Below are positions 16,922 to 26,124 of a stretch of DNA of 64,000 bases, in pieces. Position numbers and translations under genes: made by a program. Source of the DNA: Spirochaetia bacterium (GTDB lineage: Bacteria; Spirochaetota; Spirochaetia; UBA9216); assembly GCA_963675665.1 (NCBI GenBank), contig OY776510.1, positions 1,632,001 to 1,696,000 on the forward strand. The letters are read 5' to 3'. The notes below the pieces were generated by a model. The model searched no databases. It saw only the letters and a list, made by a program, of their open reading frames with translations, and was not told the origin of the DNA. Position 1 is the first letter of the stretch, and each line of letters begins with the position of its first letter.

Positions 16922-18421
16922 TCACAACAGCCCTTTCGTTGATTCATACAACTCCCGGAACCTTCCGTATTTTTCATCATAAAAACCGAATAAACTGCCG
17001 TCTGGAACTATCTCGTCGGCAACCCCGACCCATTTCCCGGATTCCTCAGAGCCTGAATAATAACCGCTTCCGACGGCGGCAAGAAAAGCGTCGCCATAGC
17101 AGGCCCCGAGCGTTTTATCCGGCAGCTGCTGCCGCAGTCCGGTTATATCGCATATGATTTGCATAAGCTGCCGGCTGTCTGCGGCTCCGCCGATTGCTAC
17201 AATTCGTCCGGCAACAGCGCCCTCTGCCCTCATTGCTTCAATATTGTGTTTGATGCCGAAACCGACGGCTTCCTGCAGCGCACGGAAAATATCGCCGGGC
17301 TGGGTCTGAAGGCTGAGGCCGAAGATGAGCCCTTTTGCATCAGGGGCATTAAGCGGTGTTCGTTCGCCGGCGAAATAGGGCAGAACAGTAAGCCCGCTCG
17401 CCCCGGGGGATGATTTTGCGGCAAGTTTTTCCCATTCAGCCATTGTTCTGCCGGGAAATGTATCGTTGAACCATTTGAACATGCTGCCTACAGTCGCCAT
17501 GCCGCCTGTCAGGACCGAGCTTCCGGCATCAATAAAGTTGGATGTCCAGAAAGTTTTAACGGGGTTCAACTTTTCGGTCCGCATAATGAAAAAGTTGCTG
17601 CTGCCGTACATCATCATCATGTCGCCCGGTTTGCATACGCCGGAACCGACAGCCTCTGCTGCGGCGTCGGAGGTCCCCGTAACGACCGGGGTTCCGGCTG
17701 GAATCCCGGTAAGTTCAGCAGCGGTGGAGGTCACGGTTCCGGCTATTTCACTGCTCCAGAGCAGTTCAGGCAGCCATGCCGGGTTTATGAGTTCCGTGTT
17801 TTGAAGGCTGTTAAGAGAGAAATCCCATCTTTTTTCGCGTATGTTGAAAACCGGCGCGTAGCCGATTGCGTTATAGATATCCAGCGTATAGCGTCCGGTC
17901 AGTTTGTAAACAATATAGCCTGTTGCAGTCAGGATTTTTTCGGTTTTTTTCCAGATCTCAGGCTCATTTTTCTTAATCCACCTGACCTTCGGCAGGCATG
18001 CCTGTGATGAAAGGTTTTGGCCTGTCATATTGAATATATTATCAATTCCGACAGATTCTTCGATTTCTGTTATTTCGGTCGCCGCGCGTGTATCAATTCC
18101 GTACATTATGCCGGGCCTTAACGGTAATCCCTCCCTGTCGACCGGAAGTACACATGGCGCTATGGTACTTACCCCGACGGCTTTGATACTTTCAGGCGGA
18201 AGATTGTGATCGGTTTTCAGTTTTATCACAAGTTTACGGCTGAGAAAGACGAAATCTCCCCACCATACGGTCTCCGCATCCTGTTCATAGAACCCGGGGT
18301 GCGGCATTTCCATGCTGTGGGGAACGGTTTCTTCGGCCATAACAGTTCCGTGAGTATCAACAATAACGCCTTTTGATGAGCCTGTACCGATATCAATTCC
18401 AATAAAGCATTCTTTCACCAT
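16922..18421 (-). CDS. FGGY-family carbohydrate kinase
   Basis: IGIDIGT, DTRA, LPYFAGERTP and GDAFLAA motifs. Confidence 0.9.
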   Translation of the reverse strand: MVKECFIGIDIGTGSSKGVIVDTHGTVMAEETVPHSMEMPHPGFYEQDAETVWWGDFVFLSRKLVIKLKTDHNLPPESIKAVGVSTIAPCVLPVDREGLPLRPGIMYGIDTRAATEITEIEESVGIDNIFNMTGQNLSSQACLPKVRWIKKNEPEIWKKTEKILTATGYIVYKLTGRYTLDIYNAIGYAPVFNIREKRWDFSLNSLQNTELINPAWLPELLWSSEIAGTVTSTAAELTGIPAGTPVVTGTSDAAAEAVGSGVCKPGDMMMMYGSSNFFIMRTEKLNPVKTFWTSNFIDAGSSVLTGGMATVGSMFKWFNDTFPGRTMAEWEKLAAKSSPGASGLTVLPYFAGERTPLNAPDAKGLIFGLSLQTQPGDIFRALQEAVGFGIKHNIEAMRAEGAVAGRIVAIGGAADSRQLMQIICDITGLRQQLPDKTLGACYGDAFLAAVGSGYYSGSEESGKWVGVADEIVPDGSLFGFYDEKYGRFRELYESTKGLL

Positions 18422-18443
18422 TATCTCCTTGTATGGGTTCGAC

Positions 18444-19511
18444 TTACAGATAGATCTTTCCGCCCTCGACGACTATTTCACCGTCGACAGTCACTGCTCC
18501 TTCCGTTCTTATGTCCTTTACAATATCCCAGTGAATTGCAGATTTATTAAGTCCGCCGCATTCGGGATAGGCACGTCCCAATGCGGTATGAACTGTTCCG
18601 CCGATTTTTTCATCAAGCAGAATATCGTTGCAGAAACGATCAATCTGATAATTTGTACCGATTGCAAATTCGCCGATCAGCGATGCTCCGGAATCTTTAT
18701 GGATTATCGACTGAAAGAACTCCTGTTCGGTTTCTGAAGATGCTTCAACAAGGCGGCCGTCTTTCCAGCTGAGCCTGATGCCGTTTACAAGCCGGCCGCC
18801 CAGTACTCCGGGGTTCTCAAAGCTGATTGTGCCGTTTAAAGTGGAAGTAACGGGAGCAGTGGCAATTTCTCCGTCGGGAAGGTTGTTTGTTCCTGCAAAA
18901 GACATCCATTTGCGGTTTTCAATTGAGAATGACAGGTCGGTTTTCCACCCGGTTATCCTTACCTGTTTTCCATTCTCAAGCCTGCGGCACCATTTTTCCC
19001 ATTTTATATTTTCCTTTTCCCAGTCTATAAAGCAGGCGTTGAAGAACATATCCATGATTGCTTCACTGGATGTCATTGCCTGCTGTGCAAATGCATCATT
19101 CGGGACCCTGATAAGGCACCAGCGGGTTTTTTCCCATCTTGCTGATGAGACAATGCCCATTGCATTCTGGTTTGATGCAAGCTTGTCGGCAGGAATATCC
19201 TGAAGTTCATAGAGGTTGTGAGCTCCGCGCAGGCCTATATAGACGTCGGCCCATTCCATTCCGTACATTTCAATCTCGGGGACCCAGTTTATTTGTTCAG
19301 AATTACCGTGTTCTAGCACTGAGCGGCGGAGAAGTTCCGATTTCATCTGGATTTGCGGAAATGCCCCCGCCTTAACGGTCGCTTCATATACCGATTGCGC
19401 AAGCGGCCATGTTTCAACCTCAACCATTGCAATCATTACTTTTTCGCCGGGCTGTACTTTTGTCGAGTAATTTACAAGAATATCTCCAAGCTGTTTCCAG
19501 CGTTTATCCAT
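18444..19511 (-). CDS. M29-family (thermophilic metallo-) aminopeptidase
   Basis: LVNYS, NLPDGEI, GEFAIG, DEKIGGTVHTALG and SAIHWDIV motifs. Confidence 0.85.
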   Translation of the reverse strand: MDKRWKQLGDILVNYSTKVQPGEKVMIAMVEVETWPLAQSVYEATVKAGAFPQIQMKSELLRRSVLEHGNSEQINWVPEIEMYGMEWADVYIGLRGAHNLYELQDIPADKLASNQNAMGIVSSARWEKTRWCLIRVPNDAFAQQAMTSSEAIMDMFFNACFIDWEKENIKWEKWCRRLENGKQVRITGWKTDLSFSIENRKWMSFAGTNNLPDGEIATAPVTSTLNGTISFENPGVLGGRLVNGIRLSWKDGRLVEASSETEQEFFQSIIHKDSGASLIGEFAIGTNYQIDRFCNDILLDEKIGGTVHTALGRAYPECGGLNKSAIHWDIVKDIRTEGAVTVDGEIVVEGGKIYL

Positions 19512-19523
19512 GGTCTTCCTCCT

Positions 19524-20327
19524 CTACCTGAGTGTTTTAACCTTGTCCATGAATTCCTTAACACGTCTCTCATCCACTTCGTTATAGAATTCCCCGTCCC
19601 GTTTGAATGTTGTTGCGGTAACAGTTCCGTCTGCAATAGCCAGCTGTTCTTCAACGTTTGAAAGCCTGACCCCCGTGTTGGCAAAAACCGGGGTGTCCGG
19701 TATTGCGTCTTTTACCTTTTTCAGTACGGAAGCGTCGGTTTCCGCTCCGGCGGTAAGCCCGGAAACGCATATTGCATCGGGCAGGTGGTTGAATACGGTT
19801 GAGCGGGCTATATCGGCAATGTCGCGTTCAGCCAGGTATTTTGCTGCTTCGGGTACTATGTTGAACAGCAGTTTTACGTGTTCTCCTCCGATTTTATACT
19901 GGTGCCGGATTACCTCGCCGCAATTTGTGTTCCACAGGCCGAAATCGCTGGCATAGACGCCGGAGAAGATTTCCCGGACAAAAAGCCCGTCCACAGCCAC
20001 AGCCAGATCTATTGAAGCTTTTGGGTCCCAAAGGACATTGACTCCATAGGGGATTTTAAGTTCGCACTTCAGTTCGCCTATTATTCTCGCCATTGTCGTG
20101 TAAGTTATCGGTTCAACTTCGGTCAGGTACGGAAGGCTGAATTCGTTTGAAAACATAATGCCGTCTACACCTCCGTTCTGAAGCGCGACAAGATCCTGTC
20201 GGGCCATTTCGATAACCCAGTCAATTCCCTTTTCCCTGTTCCATCCCGGGTCGCCCGGAAGCGCCTGAAGATGGCACATCGCTATTACCGGTTTGTTTAC
20301 ATTAAATACTTCTTTAAGCCAGTTCAT
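19524..20327 (-). CDS. BtpA/SgcQ-family TIM-barrel protein
   Basis: IAMCHLQALPGDP, GGVDGIMFSNEFSLPY, GVNVLWD and ANTGV motifs; start moved to 20327 after AGGAGA. Confidence 0.85.
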   Translation of the reverse strand: MNWLKEVFNVNKPVIAMCHLQALPGDPGWNREKGIDWVIEMARQDLVALQNGGVDGIMFSNEFSLPYLTEVEPITYTTMARIIGELKCELKIPYGVNVLWDPKASIDLAVAVDGLFVREIFSGVYASDFGLWNTNCGEVIRHQYKIGGEHVKLLFNIVPEAAKYLAERDIADIARSTVFNHLPDAICVSGLTAGAETDASVLKKVKDAIPDTPVFANTGVRLSNVEEQLAIADGTVTATTFKRDGEFYNEVDERRVKEFMDKVKTLR

Positions 20328-20889
20328 AATTTCTCCTATAAAAAGTTTCCGCATGGATTGGCGGGTCTGTGATATGAAGTTTGCAGGTGAAAGCCGGCAA
20401 ACTTCAAAATGAAAAAGTACACGGAAGTACTTTTATCATAAATCCTCCTGAAATAATTCCCGCCATGGATTGGCGGGTCTGTGATATGAAGTTTGCAGGT
20501 GAAAGCCGGCAAACTTCAAAATGAGAAAGTACACGGAAGTACTTTTATCATAAATCCTCCTGAAATAATTCCCGCCATGGATTGGCGGGTCTGTGATATG
20601 AAGTTTGCAGGTGAAAGCCGGCAAACTTCAAAATGAAAAAGTACACGGAAGTACTTTTATCATAAATCCTCCTGAAATAATTCCCGCCATGGATTGGCGG
20701 GTCTGTGATATGAAGTTTGCAGGTGAAAGCCGGCAAACTTCAAAATGAAAAAAGTACACGGAAGTACTTTTATCATAAATCCTCCTGAAATAATTCCCGC
20801 CATGGATTGGCGGGTCTGTGATATGAAGTTTGCAGGTGAAAACCGGCAAACTTCAAAATGAAAAAAGTACATGGAAGTACTTTTTTCAT
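20328..20889. repeat. Tandem array of five nearly identical 112-113 bp three-hairpin units
   Basis: catggattggcggg recurs at 20352, 20464, 20576, 20688 and 20801. Minus-strand ATGs fall at 20889, 20776, 20663, 20551, 20439 and 20327 (the last is the BtpA start). Confidence 0.95.
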
Positions 20890-21650
20890 TCTATGTCTAT
20901 TTTTACGCCGCTGTTCTGCAGCGACTGTTTCACTTTTAAATTCGGTTCGCTGTTAGTGACAAGTATGTCTATCTCGTCGGGGGTGCAGACAAGCGAAAAC
21001 GCCGTTTTTTCAAGCTTGTCGGAGTCCATTAATGCGATTGTTTTTTTTGAGTGGGAGATAATAAGTTTCTTTATTTCGGCATCTTCGATAATGTATTCGG
21101 TAAATCCGGCATCAGGGCTGAAAGCAGCCGTCGACATGAAAAATTTATCAAAGTATAGGTTTTCGAAGGTCCTGCGGGTGATATCTCCTACAAGAGAGCC
21201 TTCGGTTTTTCGGACAATTCCTCCTGCGAGGATGGTTTCAATGCCGGGATTCGACAGGAATTTTCCCGCTATATGAATGCTCGGTGTAACAATTGTAAGG
21301 TTTCTGAACGACTGAAGCTCTTCAGCAAAAACCAGGGCTGTAGTTCCAGAATCTATAGCTATGGTATCGCCTTCTTCAACATACTCCGCGGCCTTCCTGC
21401 CGATAAGGCGTTTTTTATCCGAAGAAATATTTTTTCGTACACTGAAGGGCGGTTCGTAACTTCTGCTGACTTCCTTGACAGCGCCGCCGTGGGTCCTTTT
21501 CAGAAAGCCTTCGTTTTCCAGTTCCGACAGGTCTCTTCTTATCGTCATTTCGGATACGAATAAAGCGGCAGCAAGCTCGCTGACAAGAACTGATCCGCTG
21601 TTTTTTACAGTGTTTCTGATGTATTGTTTGCGCTTGTCCGATACGCTCAA
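20886..21650 (-). CDS. DeoR/GlpR-family transcriptional regulator
   Basis: VSEMTIRRDL, RTHGGA and IDSGTT motifs; TTG start after GGAGA. Confidence 0.9.
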   Translation of the reverse strand: MSVSDKRKQYIRNTVKNSGSVLVSELAAALFVSEMTIRRDLSELENEGFLKRTHGGAVKEVSRSYEPPFSVRKNISSDKKRLIGRKAAEYVEEGDTIAIDSGTTALVFAEELQSFRNLTIVTPSIHIAGKFLSNPGIETILAGGIVRKTEGSLVGDITRRTFENLYFDKFFMSTAAFSPDAGFTEYIIEDAEIKKLIISHSKKTIALMDSDKLEKTAFSLVCTPDEIDILVTNSEPNLKVKQSLQNSGVKIDIE

Positions 21651-21757
21651 AATTATCTCCTGTGTTAGAAAATGATAGAATGAACATCAAATATGTTAAA
21701 ATAAACTATAACTAACATTTCGGTTATAGTCAACTGAAATTATTGATACGATTTGGT

Positions 21758-21805
21758 TTGACAGCAAAAGTGAATGGTGTTATAGTTGGTTGAATAGAAC
21801 AACTA
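21758..21805 (+). promoter_or_regulatory. Sigma70 promoter with an overlapping ROK-type palindromic operator
   Basis: TTGACA-17-TATAGT (21758-21786) with an extended TG; tagttg-N11-caacta palindrome (21783-21805) resembling XylR-type operators. Confidence 0.65.
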
Positions 21806-21823
21806 ACCATAACGAGGTATTTT

Positions 21824-22966
21824 GTGAACCTTATGAAGCGCTCCTCCAATATATCAACAATACGCCGTGTTCTCAGAACTGTCTGGCTGAATGAAGGCAT
21901 AAGCAGAATTGAGATAGCAGGAAAGCTCGGCATGGATAAATCGACAATTACCAATATTGTTTCAGGATTAATGGAGCAGGGTATTATCACGGAAATTGAA
22001 GAGGGCATTTCAGGTCCGCAGGGCGGACGAAAGCGTATCAAGCTTAAAATCAGAAACAGTTGCAGCGTGGTTATGGGCATTGAAGTCCAGCCGGAATACT
22101 GCAATGTATGCTGCATTAATCCCGCAGGCGAGATAATCATATATAAAAGATTCCCTGCTGATATAACAGCATTCAGTTTCCGTGATGTATTCTCCGGAAT
22201 TGTAGGAGATGTCAGAAGCAAGCTTGCCGGGCTTCGGCTGCCGCTTTCCGGCATCGGCCTGGGGATCTCGGGAATTGTAAACCCGGCAAAGGGTGTGATA
22301 TGCGAATCTATCCCCCTCGGGGTAACCGAAGAGTATGCAATTCTTGACGAACTGTCGTCTATGGTTGATGTGCCGGTATTTATGGATAACGACGGTAATT
22401 GCTGCTGTTGGGGAGAACTTATTTTCAACAAGTCCGAGGATCTGCAGGATTTTATTTACTGCCTGGTTGAATTCAGGGAACATCATTCGGTTAAAGCCGA
22501 ATACGGTGGAATTGCCGTCGGGATGGGCGTTGTAATCGGCGGAAGGGTTCATTACGGCAGAAACAACAGTGCGGGAGAATTCAGAAGTATATTTGCGGAA
22601 CATGATCAGCACAGACAATTCTCCATAGACCGTGATAAGGAATTTGAGGTCAAAGATGATCCGCAGTTATTCAAAAAATTTTCGGTTGAACTGAGCAGGA
22701 ATATCGCTTTAATGGTAAATACCTTTGCCATGTCCGATTGTTTTATCGGGGGAGATTTGCGGGCCTGCGGAGACTCATTTACGACTGTTTTAAAGAATGA
22801 AATCAAACATAACTGGAATTATCCCGGTGAGCCTTTATGCAGGGTGAGAAGTTCATCACTTGGAGATAAAGCCGTTGCCTACGGGGCTGCGGCAATGATA
22901 GTTGACAGGATGTTTTCCGTTCCCGGACCGGAGGAAACGCCTGAAATACTTTTCGGCGTACAGTAA
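21824..22966 (+). CDS. ROK-family transcriptional repressor
   Basis: N-terminal HTH (ISRIEIA...STITNIV), GGRK, GIGLGISG, DND and AGEF motifs. Confidence 0.85.
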   Translation: MNLMKRSSNISTIRRVLRTVWLNEGISRIEIAGKLGMDKSTITNIVSGLMEQGIITEIEEGISGPQGGRKRIKLKIRNSCSVVMGIEVQPEYCNVCCINPAGEIIIYKRFPADITAFSFRDVFSGIVGDVRSKLAGLRLPLSGIGLGISGIVNPAKGVICESIPLGVTEEYAILDELSSMVDVPVFMDNDGNCCCWGELIFNKSEDLQDFIYCLVEFREHHSVKAEYGGIAVGMGVVIGGRVHYGRNNSAGEFRSIFAEHDQHRQFSIDRDKEFEVKDDPQLFKKFSVELSRNIALMVNTFAMSDCFIGGDLRACGDSFTTVLKNEIKHNWNYPGEPLCRVRSSSLGDKAVAYGAAAMIVDRMFSVPGPEETPEILFGVQ

Positions 22967-22983
22967 ATCAGGAGGGTGCGCAA

Positions 22984-23634
22984 ATGGAGCGATTTACGTA
23001 TAAAAATCAGTTTTTCTCTGAAACGGTGATAAACATTTACAAGGATCTCCTTGTTTCTGAAGTATGTACTGATTCCCGCAGAGTTGATGCCCTGGTCGGA
23101 GATTCCGCTGAAACAATGAAATTTCTAAAGAACCCGGATGCCGCGGTTTCCGGATCTATTGAGGATGTTGCGTTATGGACTGCTGTTATTGCCTATGCCG
23201 CACAGCGAACAAATGGTTTTGATAAAGCAGGCCTTTTTTACAGCGCTGCACTTAACGCAGGATATCAGCTGTCCGAAAGGCTCAAAAAATCGGGAGAAAT
23301 CAATTCCGATGTTCTGCCTTCGCTGTGTTACTGGGCATTTGCCGAACTGTTCCGTCTTTCGGGAGATAATATCTGGCTTGAGTACTGCTGCCTGTTTGAG
23401 GAGAAAATATTTGTCTCAGGCGAAGATTTCTGTCTGGATGACCAGGTTTCATATATTGCCGATTTCAGGGCTGCCGCAGTATGGGCTTTGTACAGGGCAG
23501 GAAATGCCGAGTATTACCGAAATCTTCTGTTAAAAGCATCAGCTCAGGCTGTAATTACTACTGATCAGAATATCGCCGCCGGACATCCGTATGAAATAAT
23601 CATCTACGGCGCGGCAGCTGAATACGGAGAATAA
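22984..23634 (+). CDS. Hypothetical helical protein, possibly a partial (alpha/alpha) toroid
   Basis: AGGAGG RBS; fills the space between ROK and GH94; FAELFRLSGDNIWLE resembles six-hairpin repeats. Confidence 0.5.
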   Translation: MERFTYKNQFFSETVINIYKDLLVSEVCTDSRRVDALVGDSAETMKFLKNPDAAVSGSIEDVALWTAVIAYAAQRTNGFDKAGLFYSAALNAGYQLSERLKKSGEINSDVLPSLCYWAFAELFRLSGDNIWLEYCCLFEEKIFVSGEDFCLDDQVSYIADFRAAAVWALYRAGNAEYYRNLLLKASAQAVITTDQNIAAGHPYEIIIYGAAAEYGE

Positions 23635-23635
23635 A

Positions 23636-26056
23636 ATGAAATACGGATATTTTGATGATAGCAAAAAGGAATATGTGATTACAAATCCGCAAACCCCGTC
23701 ACCGTGGATAAATTATTTCGGAACCGGCAGTTTCTTTTCCCTTTTTTCAAATACGGGCGGAGGTTACTGTTTCTACCGGGACGCGCTTCTGCGCCGTTTA
23801 ACCAGGTATCGCTATAATGATATCCCGGCCGATATGAACGGCAGGTGTTTTTATATCAGGGAAGACGCCGATATATGGTCTCCGTGTTGGAAACCGGTTA
23901 TGGAAGAGTTGGACAGTTATGAGTGCAGGCATGGAATGGGCTACTCACGTATCATCTCTTCACGGAAAGGGGTTGAATCGGAAGCCTCTTTTTTTGTACC
24001 GCCCGGGCTGAACTGTGAAGTGCACAGGATTAGGATTAAAAACAACAGCCGGAAAGAAAGGCGGATCAGTTTCTATTCATTTATTGAATTCTGTCTCTGG
24101 AATGCTCATGATGACATGACCAATTTCCAGCGTAATCTGAATGTGGGAGAAGTTGAGGTAGACGGCGGAACAATATACCATACCACCGAATACAGGGAAC
24201 GGCGTAATCATTACGCCTTTTACAGCCTTAACCGCACACCCGACGGTTTCGATACCGACCGGGATACTTTTATCGGGACAAACCGCGGGCCCGGCAGACC
24301 GGCGGCAGTTGAAGCTGGTCAAAGCTTCGGAAGCCTGGCAACCGGTTGGTATCCCTGCGCATCGCATCGAGTGGATCTGTGTCTTCAGCCGGGTGAATCA
24401 GAAAGCCTGATATTTGTTCTGGGTTACGCAGAGAATGATGAGAACAGCAAATGGGTGGACGGACGGCTGAACAAGGCCCCGGCCGAACAGCTGATTAATC
24501 ATTTTCAGACCGACAGGGATGTTGATTCGGCTCTTCGGGAGCTGGCAACGTACTGGGACCGGAAACTGGGGCATTTCCGGGTAACAACCGGTATCGAGAA
24601 GTTTGATCGTATGATGAATATCTGGAACCAGTATCAGTGCATGGTGACTTATAATTTGTCGCGAAGCGCCTCGATGTATGAATCAGGAATCGGCCGCGGC
24701 ATCGGTTTTCGCGACACCAACCAGGATTTGCTGGGCATTATGCATATGGATCCCGAAAAAGCGCGGCAAAGACTTAGCGATGTAGCGTCCATTCAGTTTG
24801 CCGCCGGGGGTTCCTTTCATCAGTATCAGCCGCTTACCAGAAAGGGCAATGATGCAGTCGGCGGCGATTTTAATGATGATCCGCTGTGGCTGATAATTGC
24901 AGTCTGCGCCTATGTGAAGGAAACCGGAGATTTTTCAATTCTACAGGAGCAGGTGCCTTTTGCCGGTGCAGACGGTTTCCCGGATCCCGCCACGGATAAC
25001 GCAGTAATGGCGGACCATCTGAAGGCGGCATTTCATTTTGTAAACGAAAACCGCGGTCCGCACGGACTTCCGCTCATCGGTCGGGCCGACTGGAATGATT
25101 GTTTGAATCTGAATTGCTTTTCAACCAACCCGGACGAATCGTTTCAGACGGTTGTAAACAGTGATTCGGGTACTGCAGAATCGGTTCTGATAGCGGCAAT
25201 GCTGGTATATGCTGCAAAGGATTATGCCGAATTATGTCGTCGCGCAGGCGGGGCCCTGAAAGATGAGGCTGTATATACAGAAAACGCGGCGGCAGAAATG
25301 AAAGATATAATAATCAGGAAAGCCTGGGACGGGGATTGGTTTCTGCGAGCCTTTGATGCCGAAGGGCGAAAAGTCGGAAGCAGTGAAAACGCCGAAGGAA
25401 GGATTTTTATTGAGCCGCAGGGCTTTTGTTCAATGGCGGGCATCGGCGCAGAGCTTGGATATCCTCAAAAAGCTCTTGATTCTGTAGGGACCCACCTGGC
25501 CCATGAATACGGTATTAATCTATTGTCGCCCGCTTTCAGGTCCTACGATTTATCAAAAGGCGAGATTACCTCATATCCGCCGGGTTATAAGGAAAACGGC
25601 GGTATTTTCTGCCATAATAATCCCTGGGTAATTATAGGCGAAGCAGTATCGGGGCGGGGAGAAAGGGCTTTTAGCTATTATAAGAAAATTGCCCCGGCAT
25701 TTATAGAAGATATCAGTGAGCTGCACCGGGCCGAACCCTATGTTTACGCACAGATGATTGCAGGCAGCGAATCAAAGACCCCCGGCCAGGCAAAAAACTC
25801 CTGGCTAACCGGAACTGCAGCCTGGAATTTTATAGCAGCATCTCAATGGATACTTGGTATCAGGCCCGCGTTTGACGGCTTGATTATCGAACCCTGTCTG
25901 CCTTCTGACATCAGGCATATTGAGGCGGTCCGGTATTTTCGGGGGACTCGATGTGAAATAATCATAGAGAACCCGGACGGACACACTAAAGGAAAGGTCA
26001 TGCATGTACCGCTTGCGGATATCCGGAAGAACAATAAAATTTATTATTCCATGTAA
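23636..26056 (+). CDS. GH94 glycoside phosphorylase, probably cellobiose phosphorylase
   Basis: MKYGYFDD..EYVIT, GIGRGIGFRD, ADWNDCLNLNCFS..PDESFQT, KENGGIFCH and NSWLTGTA motifs. Confidence 0.9.
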   Translation: MKYGYFDDSKKEYVITNPQTPSPWINYFGTGSFFSLFSNTGGGYCFYRDALLRRLTRYRYNDIPADMNGRCFYIREDADIWSPCWKPVMEELDSYECRHGMGYSRIISSRKGVESEASFFVPPGLNCEVHRIRIKNNSRKERRISFYSFIEFCLWNAHDDMTNFQRNLNVGEVEVDGGTIYHTTEYRERRNHYAFYSLNRTPDGFDTDRDTFIGTNRGPGRPAAVEAGQSFGSLATGWYPCASHRVDLCLQPGESESLIFVLGYAENDENSKWVDGRLNKAPAEQLINHFQTDRDVDSALRELATYWDRKLGHFRVTTGIEKFDRMMNIWNQYQCMVTYNLSRSASMYESGIGRGIGFRDTNQDLLGIMHMDPEKARQRLSDVASIQFAAGGSFHQYQPLTRKGNDAVGGDFNDDPLWLIIAVCAYVKETGDFSILQEQVPFAGADGFPDPATDNAVMADHLKAAFHFVNENRGPHGLPLIGRADWNDCLNLNCFSTNPDESFQTVVNSDSGTAESVLIAAMLVYAAKDYAELCRRAGGALKDEAVYTENAAAEMKDIIIRKAWDGDWFLRAFDAEGRKVGSSENAEGRIFIEPQGFCSMAGIGAELGYPQKALDSVGTHLAHEYGINLLSPAFRSYDLSKGEITSYPPGYKENGGIFCHNNPWVIIGEAVSGRGERAFSYYKKIAPAFIEDISELHRAEPYVYAQMIAGSESKTPGQAKNSWLTGTAAWNFIAASQWILGIRPAFDGLIIEPCLPSDIRHIEAVRYFRGTRCEIIIENPDGHTKGKVMHVPLADIRKNNKIYYSM

Positions 26057-26124
26057 TTCCGTGATCTGCTTGATCTCGGCCGTTGTTATAATCTAAAATT
26101 GGTTCTTTGAGATGGAGGAGACAG

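Noticed and set aside
20436-20872. 62-73 aa ORFs listed in the track across the repeat
   Set aside because: They are out-of-register readings of the repeat without an RBS; only the ATG-to-ATG mini-ORFs have translation signals.
20328-20889. CRISPR or other guide-RNA array
   Set aside because: Units are nearly identical over their whole length, there are no unique spacers, and no cas or other effector gene is nearby.
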